Assembly (NCBI GenBank): GCA_951406725.2
Contig: OX597832.1
Span: forward strand, 33,108,001 to 33,172,000
Length of the DNA stretch: 64,000 bases
DNA from: Octopus vulgaris
Taxonomy: Eukaryota
Direction of reading: 5' to 3'
Each line of letters begins with the position of its first letter. Position 1 is the stretch's first letter. Below, in pieces: positions 14,276 through 28,627 of the stretch. The notes below the pieces were generated by a model. It worked only from the letters and a program-made list of their open reading frames with translations, was not told the DNA's origin and ran no database searches. A program made the position numbers and the translations under genes.

Positions 14276-14770
14276 GAGCTCTATCATTTAAGTTTAATTA
14301 AAATATAGTTTGTTTTAAAAATAAAATAGTTAATTATACTTAAATCCAATTTTTTGTCTTACTGGGCAATTCCTGTCGAAGTAAACTACTACGAATTCCT
14401 TTCTCGTGTCAGATATTGCGGGGCTGTGTTTACATGATATAGTTACATTAATTAATACAGATGATGTAATTAAACTAATTACAGATTAGCGGTGTCGTTG
14501 ATAATTTTTTCCTTACCTCAATGTTGCCGATGACTTATATTAAAAGTCCCCTTATAGAACTATATTCATAAAAATGTATAGAACTATATTCTCCCCCGCA
14601 AATTTGGGAACAATATGCCCATAACTTTTTCCTTTTAAAACTCCATTGCATGAGATTGATAGCATGAAATTCCGCGAATAGAGCTCTGTCATTTAATCTT
14701 AATTAATATATAGTTTGTATTTAAAATAGATAAAATTAATTATACTTCAATCCAATATTTTTGCCTTATA
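14276..14770. repeat. Pair of ~85-bp diverged direct repeats (14276-14361 and 14681-14768)
   Basis: gagctctatcatttaagtttaattaaaatatagtttg...taattatacttaaatccaat versus gagctctgtcatttaatcttaattaatatatagtttg...taattatacttcaatccaat. Confidence 0.85.
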
Positions 14771-15418
14771 TTTTTTCATGATATTTTACCTCACAATTTT
14801 TGTGATAAACATTTTTGTTGCATGGGACCAGAACTATGAAATTCCTAATGCTTTCTTGTATCGTTAAAGCTAAGATAAATATATTTTGCTTTTAAAATAA
14901 AATAAAAAATATTTAGATCTAAACTTGATTGGAGGCGTTAAATATTCTCCTATAACTTTGCTACAAATGTTGATGTAAACTGCTTCTACTGGACCAACTC
15001 TTAATTACTTTTATACCAAAATGCAGCTAAGGACAAGACCTCTTCAAAAATCTTTGAAGACACCGCGTGTGAGTAAACTGTTGATTAGTATATTATTCAG
15101 CTAATACCGTAGTTGAATGTTATGTATTACACGCTTGTCTGTTCATAGTTTCACAGCATGAAACTAATAATAGATCACATATTTCAAGGTGTGCTTGTTA
15201 AACTCATTGTAGCAATTCATGGAGTTGGAGGGAAAACATTTTTGTTGAGTCTATCAATAAAGCAAGTGTAAATTATGTACACATACGTACATAGAAAGAT
15301 AGGCTTAGACATAGATACATACATTCATTGATAGATATATACATAACTACATGTATACATACAGGCATAGGCCTATACATATCTGCATACACTCATACAT
15401 ACATTGATATATATATAA

Positions 15419-15474
<56 letters not shown>

Positions 15475-15490
15475 AGATATATATATATAA

Positions 15491-15540
<50 letters not shown>

Positions 15541-16734
15541 AGATACATGCATAGGTAGATAGATAAATACACACGTGCATACATACATGGATAGTTATAT
15601 ACACACCTGCATATATAGATAGATAGATATATGCATACACACACACATATGTATATGCGTACGAGATAGTACCTGCCCTAAGACGTGATATAGTTGCAAA
15701 GCCTTCTTACAATGTTATCTACAGGTTGAATAGTCCTGGCGTCCATATCAGTGACGTGTCACATTCAGCAAGCAGCCACACTTTTAGATACCACCAATAC
15801 TGTTGGAACACTCCAATAGATATGAGTGTTCTGCAAATGTATTGTCGAAGCATAAAATGCCTGAAAAGAAGGCAATGACAGATGTAGAGGTCAGTGGCAC
15901 AGCGAATGTGAATGTACAATAAAATGTTCACTAAATAATGAAAATTTATGGTGAATAAATACGGACTTTGCAGCTCTTGTGGCGTGATTATAAATGAAAA
16001 TTTGTGACTATCATCATAGCTGCGCATTGGTTACGTTCAAACAAATTTACACAAAAACGTGGACGTAATAGGATTTTGGAAGAGATAGGAAAATAAATTA
16101 ATAAGTTTCTCCAACTTCAATCAATTCAAAGTAAAGTGAACTTTTGTAAGACATTCCAGAGTTTCTCCATCTGAGAATATTTAGATGAATAAGTGCACAT
16201 ATTTGGGTGTGTGCATCGACAGCTCAACCAACGCACCAGCTCAACCACATAATAACAAACACCAGACTCTCAAAATGTTTTGTCGCTTTGTAAGCGACCG
16301 GCTCGAACTCTCTTAATTAGAAATTAAATAAAACTCAAAGAAAAACCATACATCAATACGGAATTTAATAGTTATTTCTCGCGTCTGAGAAAGATGGTTG
16401 TGCAATTTCTTGTGGAACAACCTGCAGGGATGGTGTGCTTAGAGTGACCAAATGATTGTGCTCAGCATTGGGCCATTCGTTCCATCAAATCAACACGGTC
16501 TATAGAAATGCACGGCGAGTAACAAGTCGAAGAGATCACTGAACAACTTCAGATTAGATGGGAAACAGAACAGACTGATCGTTCTGAGAATCAAATCCAC
16601 AATCTTCCGATCGTGCGTGAAACACCGTAAACACGAAGACACGCACTTTAGCTACATAGATACATACATATATACATACATACATACATACATTCATGCA
16701 TACATACATATATGTGTATGTGTAGTTATATATT

Positions 16735-16778
<44 letters not shown>

Positions 16779-16860
16779 TTATTCATTTTATAGAAGGAGC
16801 TTCTACAGGACTAGAACTGTGGTTAACCCCGACTCAACCCTGGACCTATATATATATATG

Positions 16861-17018
16861 TAGGACGGGCTTCCGCATAGTCTTCGTCAATTACACTCAT
16901 TCGCAAAGCATTGGACCGCCCGGGGCAGCAGTAGAAGACACTTGACCAAATTACTGACCTGTAAAACTGGACCCAAAACCCAGAAGGCAGCAAAGCGATA
17001 TTTTTAACCACATCCAGT
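16861..17018 (-). mobile_element. SINE family B, 5' half
   Basis: gacgggcttc...cccggggcagcagtagaagacacttgaccaa...ttaaccacat is the reverse complement of the family B 5' region (compare 57703-57860). Confidence 0.6.
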
Positions 17019-17779
17019 AAATAGGCTTAAAACGAATTATGTCAAAATAAAAGACGTGTTGTTAAATTTAATTTAATTCACTTTGTTTGGGTATAGAGTA
17101 TAGATATGTGTGTGTGTATAGATATGTGTGCGTGAATTTGTTTTTGTTCGCATGTGGTGACGTCTATGTAAGTTTGTTTCTACGATCGCAGAATTACATT
17201 GTTTTGGGTAAATGGAAAACCTACGATTACAAATTGAAAGAGGAATTTATATATCTATATATATTACGGTACGTATAAATATACATGGACAAAGATTTTA
17301 CAGTAGAACTGTTACATTATACAATTCTAATAGAGCAAACTAGTAGCTCGAATGAGAAATGATAGGAATTGCTTCAAAGAACGAGAAAACATTAAAACCT
17401 CACCACATTTTAACAAAAGGATAAACAAAATAATCGATCGATTTAATTGTGGGATATTTCATTTCATGGAGCTGTATTGATTGGGATTTTGTGATGCCGC
17501 AAATCAAAACTAGTTTGGCATATGTTCCATACAACACAAGTACACACACATACAACCACACATGCGTATGCACACGCACATGTACACACCCAATCAAGCG
17601 CACACACACGAACATACAGATACATTTAGATACATACGCTTATCGACATATACATACACATCAACAAATCCGTGTGAAACTTAAAACGTGCCGATATATA
17701 TATATATATATAAACATACTGACACACACACACATACGCATACACGCACACATACACACACACACTAAAATATGTATAT

Positions 17780-17965
17780 ACATACATGTATGAGTGCTAC
17801 GTGTGTGTATGAGTACATACGTATGTACACACATACATATACATACATATATATATTTACATGTATAATTATGCAGATACATACATGTATGAGTGCTATG
17901 TGTGTGTATGAGTACGTACGTACACACATACATACATACGTATATATTTACATGTATAATTATAC
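17780..17965. repeat. ~99-bp tandem duplication in low-complexity DNA
   Basis: acatacatgtatgagtgcta(c/t)gtgtgtgtatgagtac...atatatttacatgtataattat occurs twice. Confidence 0.85.
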
Positions 17966-18059
17966 ATACGCATAAAAACATACATACATAAATATATATG
18001 CGTATATATACATACACATACATAGATAAACACACTCACGCAGACACACACACACACAT

Positions 18060-18090
<31 letters not shown>

Positions 18091-18713
18091 CACGAAAAGA
18101 GAGACATTGGGAGAGAGTGGGTGGAGATGTGTGCATACACCAAGAGAGATCGATACAATAAAAGCTTTGGGATCCCCCGCAGGCAGGATTAAAGATTAAA
18201 GATTATGAATTCAATCTCATGACAAAAGTCATCATGACACTAATCTCTGAATCAGGAAGCATATCCAACTCACGGAATTATATAAATACAAAATTCCTGC
18301 GGCTTAAAATAGTAAATGGTATGCGTTCTTAGTTGCTTTGTAATAACTAAATCCATATATGGTATAAGCACATCAAAGAGATAATACTTACTGAATACAA
18401 ATACAAAGTAAACTATTTCAGACCATGTTTTCTATGTGATGTGAATGGCTTATTTGCTTGCATATTTGAAGACTTAGATACAGAAAATATGGAACATTTT
18501 TCTATATCCAAAGTAGATAATTTGAGAACCGAAATTCATTTGGTAATTAAATATCCGCTCGCGTAACGGTGTTCGCAAACGTTCGTTCGATTCGAAAACA
18601 TCTAGCTCCAGATTCAACTCTAGTATGCGATTTTGGGGATTTTTCTCTTTGCATGGCGACCTTTGTTGGGCCGGCCTCATATCACTTCAAAGAGAAAACT
18701 TTACTGAAGACCG

Positions 18714-18765
<52 letters not shown>

Positions 18766-18844
18766 GTTTAAATATTTGTTGTGCAAGAATTTTTATGTGA
18801 AGTCGTGTGTTTTTATTGGCTAAACTGGCAATATGACCATTCCG

Positions 18845-19001
<157 letters not shown>

Positions 19002-19213
19002 GTGAAATAGAAAGATGAATAATCTTGTTGCAGATTAATCAAAAGTTTAACCGATACCTTGGTAGCAAAAATCACAGCAGAAGACAGCACGGTTGGAGGT
19101 ACAACCATATGGTGTTGCAACCGTGCGTTGGTACGGATAATTGAATTTTAATATTATTAGTGAATTGAAGAAATGGAGTTGAACGAAGATTGAACAGAAA
19201 TCGTTTTATTGCA

Positions 19214-19293
19214 TTCTACACGTGTTTCGAAAGCCACAATTTACCAAATTCCGATTGAATAAGGAGACCATATTGTGTCTTTCTCTTCAGGAA
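19214..19293 (-). ncRNA. Minimal type I hammerhead ribozyme (Penelope/retrozyme type)
   Basis: The minus strand reads ttc-CTGAAGA-gaaagacacaat[31 nt]attgtggctttc-GAAA-cacgtg-TA-gaa. It has an intact core, an 11/12-bp stem II closed by G-C, a palindromic stem III, a GUA cleavage triplet and a 3-bp stem I. Confidence 0.75.
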
Positions 19294-19382
19294 GAAATAG
19301 GAATTCCGTTGGCAAAAACAAAAACAGAACAGAGGCGCAGCAAAACAAATCGAACGAGGCTCCTAAGAGCCCATGGCCAACA

Positions 19383-19560
19383 ATATATGTATGTATGTAC
19401 GAATGTAAGTATTTGTGTATGCTTATGTTCGTGATTGCGCGAAAGAGATAGAGTTTAAGAAGATTAAACCAGTCATCTAAATCCCATTTAATATCCATTT
19501 GCTTTTGTTTACACGGCTTGTTTGCTGGATATTCACATGTTTATCTTATGCTTTAATAAC
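19383..19560 (-). repeat. Left arm of a 178-bp inverted duplication
   Basis: The reverse complement equals 23775-23952 with 2 mismatches by my reading. The ORF track shows the same MDIKWDLDDW... peptide on opposite strands. Confidence 0.95.
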
Positions 19561-19695
19561 AATTCTTTGCAACAATATAGCCCCATGGGGAAAGCTGATG
19601 GTGGGAAGCCTAGTAAAAACGATCCGGGTCGAAATATTTAACATAGTCAAATGGTGTACATCAAGAGTGTATTCTCTGATTGTTAGATAATTAGC

Positions 19696-20105
<410 letters not shown>

Positions 20106-20704
20106 CACACATACATACTTAACTAACTAACATACATTTTACTGTTTGGCAGATAGATTTGTTTAATGTGACCTCTGTAAATTTCTTCGTATTGGAGCTG
20201 TGTATGTCAAAGTATAAACTTTCGTTTGGATAAACAGGTATCGAAGAAAAATATCAATATGAATTGATAAATCTATGTTCGATTAGAACTCGTGAATGTG
20301 CTGCCGGTCCATGACCGCAGTCCAATGAGCGATGCTAATACAAATAATATGAAGAACATACATGATTTGGTTGTTCAAACTTCAAAAGGAAAGTGAGACA
20401 CACCGTAGCTGTATATAAACACAATGTGTAAATTAAACATAGATTAAATGATAAATGATGATTATAGTTTGTAGTAATTCTGGGAATTTATATTTGAATA
20501 TTGTAGATAATCAATGCAGATCAAATCTGCTGCAGTATTTTTGTTTTCTTAAAAAAGAAAATTCAATATTCATGTAAGTTCAATAATATTGATTCTTCTA
20601 TCTTAGAAACGGTCTAAGAGTTCTTTGGGTTGGTGCGTACAATTGATTCTACTGAATCCGGTACTCAACAGGTTTATTAATTTTCTTCAATGTATTAGAA
20701 GGAA

Positions 20705-21082
20705 TAATGATTTTTAAAACATTTGGCCCATGACCAGCTGTTTTAAAGAAGCGGGCAAGTTGATTACAATGGCCCCAGTGTTCAACTGCTACTTCTTTGA
20801 TCGACCCCGAAAAAATGAAAGCAATCTTGACGTCGCTGGAATTTGAACCCAGAACAAGCATTCTAACAGCTCGCCGCCTTAGTAGGAATAAATATTGGTT
20901 TCAAATATTGGCACAAGTCCAGGAATTTTGGGGGTGGATGTAAGACGGTTACATCGACCCTAATGATCAAGTGGCACTTATGTTATCGGCCCTAAAATCA
21001 TGAAAAGCATTTGGGACCTCAGTGGAACTTCAACTTAAGGATGTTCGAAACGCCGCAGAGCATTTTGCTGGGTGCTAACAAT
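20705..21082 (-). mobile_element. Two head-to-tail SINE family A copies (20705-20881 and 20890-21082)
   Basis: atcgaccccgaaa...ggaatttgaacccagaac...cagctcgccgcctt, followed by a second, more diverged copy. Confidence 0.75.
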
Positions 21083-21169
21083 AGTGTTCTTCGACGAGTC
21101 TCGAAAGTAAAACATATAGGAGCATAACTGAATGTTAGAATGCATTTTATGGTCACTCTTCATTCGGCC

Positions 21170-21790
21170 GCTCTCCTATCACCAATGCTATTATTAGCAA
21201 GAATCTGGTCATGGGAGACTTCGAGAAATCACAATCTCGTAAAGGTGAATATTTTCAAATGAATAAAAATAAGGGAGGTAACCTGTTCATTTCTCCCCTG
21301 AGAGTGAAAATGGCTTCTGTCATTACTCGATAACGTGTGGACACAAATTAAGAATATTTAGAGTAAATATTGAAAGAGACTAAAATGTACTAACATTAAT
21401 GACTGCAAGCAAAATAGGACATTGAAAGGATTCGTATAGACATCAATATGGTCGAAATTACTCTAGAGCCGTCATTAGAGAAGTTTAATTCAAAACAAAC
21501 GTGAGGAAACGATGACATTTATTATAAGCAAAAAGGAAATTAACTGCGAACGCAAATAATCGGAATCACCTGCGGATTGAAATGTGAAATTTATTGCGAG
21601 GGCGAAACCCAGGAGAGCGTCTTGAATGAAGAAGATTCATTACGGTAAAACAAATAACATGAAACCAGTCTTCGATACTTTCATGAAGATTTCAGGAATC
21701 AAACTTAACGATTAAAATACGTACACGAACATAGATAATCAAAAGAGAAACCAGGGAAAAGAATATCGAAAATTTACTGAACCAAAGAGT
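21170..21790 (+). mobile_element. Possible highly decayed RTE-type LINE 3' fragment
   Basis: A-rich, microsatellite-free stretch with faint resemblance to RTE C-terminal coding sequence. No clean motif. Confidence 0.25.
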
Positions 21791-22725
21791 GAAATAAACA
21801 CTGAAAATCTGATTTCAAAAATTAATTCAAGAGAAATGTTTAGTAAACATGCTACAGATTTGATTCCAGTCAACAGTATTTCGTGCATCGAATAACTTCA
21901 GCTCAATTTAGATTTAATACAGTCCTATAAGTCGCTTTATGCGTATAACTCTTCGGAAGGTCGCTGGTTGTCTTTAGATATTCCTGGGTGGAAGAGTGAA
22001 TAGAGCACCAGGTTTGAGACCATTACATCTCATTTGTTGGCATTAAGTCTTTATTTCTGATACCAGAGCACAGATTGTAGTATTTGTTACAACAGTTTTA
22101 TATTCCGAGTTCAAATCCCGACGCTCACAGTTGCGTTTCTCTTCCTTCCAGGATCCATCCGATAAGAACCTGCGTATTGCTACTGATCGTTACTATTGAT
22201 TATCTCATCGTCTTATAATTGCTGGGTTTTTGCTTTACGTAGGAAAAATAATTTACAGGAAAATGTTATTGCTTGTGCAACAGAAATTACCTCAACATCG
22301 AAAGAATGTCTGGTGTTGCTGAAGTGGTTGATGAGGCATAGATCAGAAGGACAAGGGTGACAGACTTTCCATCCTAGACTACCTCGCTTGAATATAAGGC
22401 TTTGTATTGTGTGACATTTTTCCATCTTCGATTAAGAGTGGAAAGTGCGATTTGAAAGAACTGTGGCTATAACTTTTTGCAGAAAGGATGAACAATTGTA
22501 CCGACATGCGTATAATCATTTGATTCATGAAAAGAAGAAAGTCGAAAGAAGGAAAAATGAAAGAAAGGAAAAGAGTAAAAACAAGACGGGAAAAAAAAAG
22601 TTGAGGATTTTGCCTCACAGGAGGCATAAATGCTGAAACAGTTCTTATATCATTCAGCGGAGGAGGTAAGGCTGCTTGGTTTTTAGAATATAAATGAAGA
22701 ACAATAATGCAAGTAGTAGTAGTAT

Positions 22726-22767
<42 letters not shown>

Positions 22768-23082
22768 TAGTAGCAGCAGCAGCAGTAGTATAGCTGTGGT
22801 AGTAGGAGTAGGAATGGTTGTGATGGTGCTGGTGATGGTGGTGATGATGTTGACTATATCGTATCAACTCATAAATGTAATATATATATATAAATATATT
22901 CATATTTACGTATGTATATATATATTCACACATACATGCTTCTACGTACATATACATGCGTATATAATACACACATATATATGTATGTGTGTGGCGGTGT
23001 CTGTGTATATATGTATATATATCTACATATATGTTGCGTACAGAAATATATATATATATATACGTGTGTGTATGTATATATA

Positions 23083-23120
<38 letters not shown>

Positions 23121-23128
23121 CGTGTGTG

Positions 23129-23168
<40 letters not shown>

Positions 23169-23774
23169 CATACATATACGTGTGTGTATGTATAGATATA
23201 TATTTATGCTTGTTCGTATTCATGCATGTATGAATGGTCGTATGAACGTATGTGTGTATGTATGCATGTACACACAGAAGCCTTTTTCTATGTTACTCTG
23301 TTATAATTTTTTTTTTTTTCTGCTAAATAAATCAGAAACAGTAAAGTTGAGTTAATCTATTGCTGCCCTCATGGTTTTCCATTTTCTGATTTCGTTTCAG
23401 ATTTTTGATTTTCTCCTTTGGAAATATTTTCGCGTGTTTTTTATTTAATTTTTTTCTCGTCGTTTCGTTTCTGTTGTGTATTTTTTGCAGCAAATTTATT
23501 ACTTATTTAAACCCTTCACACTCTAACAGGAACTTTCGAAGCAATTGTGTTGCCAAAGAGATTTCAAAGCTGTACATATGCCTTGCATGTTAATTTTTTT
23601 TCTTCGGGTTTTTCATGAAGAAGAAATTATAGAACAGTAAATATTTACTTATTCTATTCACAGATAAATATGATTTACGGCGAAGCTACGGCAAATATAT
23701 TATCAGCTTCATCATGTATTATGCATAACAAGCATTTACATTATCTTATTCTGCGTTACCTGAAGTAGAGAGCA

Positions 23775-23952
23775 GTTATTAAAGCATAAGATAAACATGT
23801 GAATATCAGGCAAACAAGCCGTGTAAACAAAAGCAAATGGATATTAAATGGGATTTAGATGACTGGTTTAATCTTCTTAAACTCTATCTCTTTCGCGCAA
23901 TCACGAACATAAGCATACACAAATACTTACATTCGTACATACATACATATAT
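23775..23952 (+). repeat. Right arm of the 178-bp inverted duplication
   Basis: Reverse complement of 19383-19560; it runs on into a longer (CATA)n tract. Confidence 0.95.
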
Positions 23953-24000
23953 ACATACATACATATATACATACATACATACATTCATTCATTCATACAT

Positions 24001-24042
<42 letters not shown>

Positions 24043-25274
24043 TTACTTGCATTCACGAGTACTCGCATTCATACCTACAGTACCCTGGGACGAATATGAG
24101 GAACACTCCTGCACATAGCAAAAAGCAATATTGTTGGAACATTCCTTCCATTTCTACAAATTTCAAGAGGATATAGTTATTCGGGACTGATCAAAGAAGT
24201 TCGGTAAAGTCTTTCAGGTTAGTTACTTAGCAGATGTCTACAGGTGTTCCAAAATAAGCGATAAAGAGAATCAGAAATCTGTACCGCCTCTGCTCCGGTC
24301 AGAAACTTCCATTCATAACAACAGTTATTTGTGCATTCTTTTGGGTTGCTAAGTGTCGAACTTACAGTACGAAGAAACTACAATTTTCAAGAAAATAAAG
24401 TGACCCATTATGAAGTTTATAGATAGAGTTTATAAGCGGAACAGTAAACATATGCAAGAATTTCTTCAATTTCTCTACCAATAATTTTAATAGCTGTTAT
24501 TTTAATTCTATCGATGGAATTCGTAATTCTTTGTGAGAAATCATCTCCCTCAATCTAGAAACAATGCTTAAAGCCCGAAGGAAACTCACACACACTCACA
24601 CACGCACATGCACATGCATATAGACAGACAGACAAAGAGAGAAAGAGTTGGAGGAAAGGTAAGACAGACCGAGTGTTAGAGAGAGACAAAGGCACTGAAA
24701 GAGAAATTTAGAGAGAGAGAGATGATGCGACAAATGCGAATAGAGAGTTAGAAAGATGATGAATTAAAAGATGAGAGAGAGAGAAGGAAGGAGAGAGAGA
24801 AAGGCAGATAGAGAGTTAGAAGGACGAAGAATAAAAGGGTGAGAGGGAAAGACAGAGAGAGAGAGAGAGAGAGAGGAGGGGAAAGAGAGAAAGAAAAGAC
24901 GAATATATAATACATTCAGCGGATGAAAAATTGAAGTGGAGCATTGAAGTTTGAATTTGATTTTGTGAATGCAAAACGCAGAAAAATAATAAGAAGAGCA
25001 GATGAAACAGTGAAGTTATTATCCGCCTTAGAGGACAGGAATTTGATATTATTTTACAAGGGTTAACCTGTGCCATTACGCCATTCAAACGAGGTAACAA
25101 TTCCTGCGAATTTTAGGACTGGAGACAACACTTACAATAGCTCGTATAGGTATTCTTTAGAAATTGCAACCAGCATTGATTTTTGCCGCAACCAGCATCG
25201 ATAAGTCAGACGTAAACAAACAATGAGATCGAAGAGAAAAATGTGTACTGAGTGTGTATACCATATTTCGGGGG

Positions 25275-25530
25275 GTTGTTGCCCCTACATCAGCACCCGT
25301 CTAACCCATTCTTTCCTCTGAACACATTGCTTATATAGCCACCGCACACCGCTATATATGGCGTAGTGGCACAGGTGGTGTCACAACTTAACCGGACCCC
25401 ATTGAATGGGACACCAGTTGGAAGGTTACTTATTTAGTACAAAGTGGATTGAAGGAACGAGGATTTGTTATGTTCAAGAACACAACACACCGTCCAGTAT
25501 GGAAATCGAAATCACGGTCTTGCCATACAG
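25275..25530 (-). mobile_element. SINE family C, degenerate
   Basis: gaatgggacaccagt...ttcaagaacacaacacaccg...ggaaatcgaaatcacg is a diverged reverse complement of the family C layout. Confidence 0.5.
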
Positions 25531-25564
25531 ATTCACTTCCATAGAATTATTGCTACATAAATAG

Positions 25565-25770
25565 AGGCGGTGAGCAAGCAGAATCGTTAGTGCGCTGTAT
25601 AAAATACTTGGCCGTATTTCCGTTCTGAGTTCGAGTGCCATCGATGTCATCTTCTTCCGTTTCGAGGTCGCTGGAAAGAGGAGTTGTCAAAACACTGGGA
25701 TCGGTGTATCCGACTAGCACCACCAACTCCGGGAAACTTTACATCCAGTTCCATAAACGAGCAGAAATTT
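25565..25770 (+). mobile_element. SINE family A
   Basis: aggcggtgagcaagcagaatcgttag...gttctgagttcgag...cactgggatcggtgta. Confidence 0.75.
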
Positions 25771-26124
25771 GTGAAGTGCTAAAGTATTTAGTCGAGAATT
25801 TTCCAGTTTTGTGTCAAATGATTTTTGTATGGATGGAAGAACTACAATGGCTCTAAATATAATTCTGTATACGAGTGTTGTGTATCGTAATGTTGTAATT
25901 TGATTTAAGTTAATTAAATTAATTATGTAGTGAAAGGAGAGAAGCAGTATAAATTTCACACCTGAGGAGAATAGAAAATATCACCAAATACTGATAAGAA
26001 AGAAGAAGAATAGAGACTCGTATTCTAGGAAAATATATATATAAGAGAGTTCATCACAGGAACATTATTGGCTTAATTAATATACATACATATATATATA
26101 TATATGTATGTATATATATATATA

Positions 26125-26185
<61 letters not shown>

Positions 26186-26376
26186 AATTAAACACACTTC
26201 TACTAAATGTAAGGTAAAAGCAAGTTTCTTAATGGATCGAGGTAACAAAAATTAGAGGAATAAATGGTGAGCAATGATACAGAGTTCTGCAAGCATTAAA
26301 AGAGTAAAGAAGAGATTATTTGAACTTTATTATCAGAGAATATTCAGTATCTGAATATACAAGTGACCAAAGTAAC

Positions 26377-26439
<63 letters not shown>

Positions 26440-27126
26440 CAAAATGTGACAAGAAGGAAGTTCTAATCGATGTAGATCTTGTACAACAGATTATCGAAAC
26501 ATACGCATCGACGTTTTCGAAATATCATTAACTCTCTGGCCATCTCCATTATATGTCACACTTCCTGCAGCTCATTATACCCGGACTTCATAGTTCTGTA
26601 ATTGTATAAAAGGAATTACGTATGGATGGGAGTTTAAAGTTTGTTGTACATCAAGCCTTAGTCGTATGATAAATTTGCCGTGCGTTATTTATTTCTTAAA
26701 GATGACTAAATATCACATGAGAATAATTAATTCGATAATTAAGCGATGAACATAAATTACATGAATTACAGGAATAATATATGAGGCAACAAAAACGACA
26801 TAACTGGAAAATCAAACGCGGTATAAGACAAGGGAATGTTCCACATTAAAAAATGCATAAATATAGAGCAAAAAAAAAAAACCCCAACAAACAAAATTGT
26901 CTACCTCGAATACTAATACCCAAAGAAAGAACCAGACAGTGAAACGATGCTTCGGTTGAAGGCTTTTATCAAGAATATGCCACCCCGCCACAAATAGAAA
27001 AAGAAAGGAAGATTAAAACGCACAGGACCAAACGAGACTGGTCTCAGGTACATGTACGCAAGTGTGTGTGTGTACGTATACGTGTATATATGTGAGAAAG
27101 ATTGTCTACCCAAGCACACACACATA

Positions 27127-27197
<71 letters not shown>

Positions 27198-28153
27198 CGT
27201 AAAATTAATTTGATACTGTTAGGAGTTGCATAATTTATTGAATTTAATCATAATTTTTAATCCAGGATTTACTACTTCAAAAAATTACTCATATTTTATC
27301 CATTTAGTTTAATGGAATAAAAGTTTTGAGCTTGTTAAGAGCATCTTAAGGTAAAACCATGTTGTTGTTCTTGCTGCTGATGATGATGCAGCTTCTCCTG
27401 CTTTTCTAGTTCAGGTTATTCGAGATGTTATGAGAGAGTAAGATGGTTAAAGTATAATAGGAAAAACTGAAAAAATAAATTCAATTAACTGGCATCTGTA
27501 AGTATTTTTTTCTAATCAGTTTCTAATCAGAAAATATCATCAACCTCAACCAGAACTACTATCTCTTCAACAATACATTTACTGTATTTCCATCAATATT
27601 TTTAACTATCGTACTAAGTTGACCTCAACTTATTCAGCTCTTTCAATCGAAATTATTTTAAACGTTATCGTAATATCTGATCATATTCTCTGATTAGATT
27701 TTTACGTTTAATACGTTTAATAGAATTAAGTTTAAGACTCTGCTTTTATAGATAATTGTATTTGCATATTTTTAAATATGTTTTAGTTTATCGAAGAAAT
27801 ACTGTTCAACATAACTATCAAGAATGTTATGTTACCGTCTTGGAATCGTTTAAACAGATAAAATCTGCCATACTTCTTTTAATTTAATGACTTTAGAGTC
27901 ATACTTTTGTACAAATAGATTCGAAAATTATGGTTCTTTAAAATAGTTATCACCCCGGGTCTAATTAGTGTCTATTTTTAACATTCTTACCTCCAGAAAC
28001 GGCCTATGATATGAAACAAATTGAATTGAGCAGGAAAAAAAATGTTATGTTTATAAATTTTACTGTAGATTTAAATTTTATGCTATTTCTAATATTGTGA
28101 CACACCACAGAAAAGAAATGACGAAAGCACACGCCGCCCCTCACTTATCTTAC

Positions 28154-28328
28154 AAATGTACATAAAAATGCAAATAATGTTCAAGAAAAGAGCCAAGTCT
28201 GCTTTTAAGTAACGTTTTCTTGGATGTATTTGTCGGGAAATGCTGCACTGGTTTTCGTCACTCATATTCACCAATGTTGCTACGACATGACATGACTCAA
28301 TCGCAGTCAAAACTTTCGACTCCCACAC
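28154..28328 (-). CDS. Candidate exon encoding a signal-peptide/TM-like N-terminus
   Basis: Acceptor tgtactgtttgttatag|G and donor T|gtaaga; 175 bp, phase-1 end. The open frame reads VWESKVLTAIESCHVVATLVN-MSDENQCSISRQIHPRKRYLKADLALFLNIICIFMYI. No homology recognised. Confidence 0.35.
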
Positions 28329-28564
28329 CTATAACAAACAGTACAATCTTAATGGTGTCTTTAGAGTGTGAATTCTGTCTTATACTACTTTGTTGTTGTG
28401 TCTTCGTATAGTAACGTAACATATAAGCTTAAAGTTGTATGTGTTTCTTTCACATGCGAGACTTTGGAGTTTTCATTAATATTACATTACGGTGTATATT
28501 AATATATATTCCTGTTTTATTTTGCTGACCGTGATGGAAAGTGAGTGTCTGCTGTCCACAGCCA

Positions 28565-28568
28565 ATTA

Positions 28569-28627
<59 letters not shown>

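Noticed and set aside
13300-14950. Possible mitochondrial insertion (NUMT)
   Set aside because: AT-rich, but I could recognise no mitochondrial gene, rRNA or tRNA motif.
15028-15069. 42-bp micro-exon (cag|...|gtgagt)
   Set aside because: Weak polypyrimidine tract and no supporting evidence.
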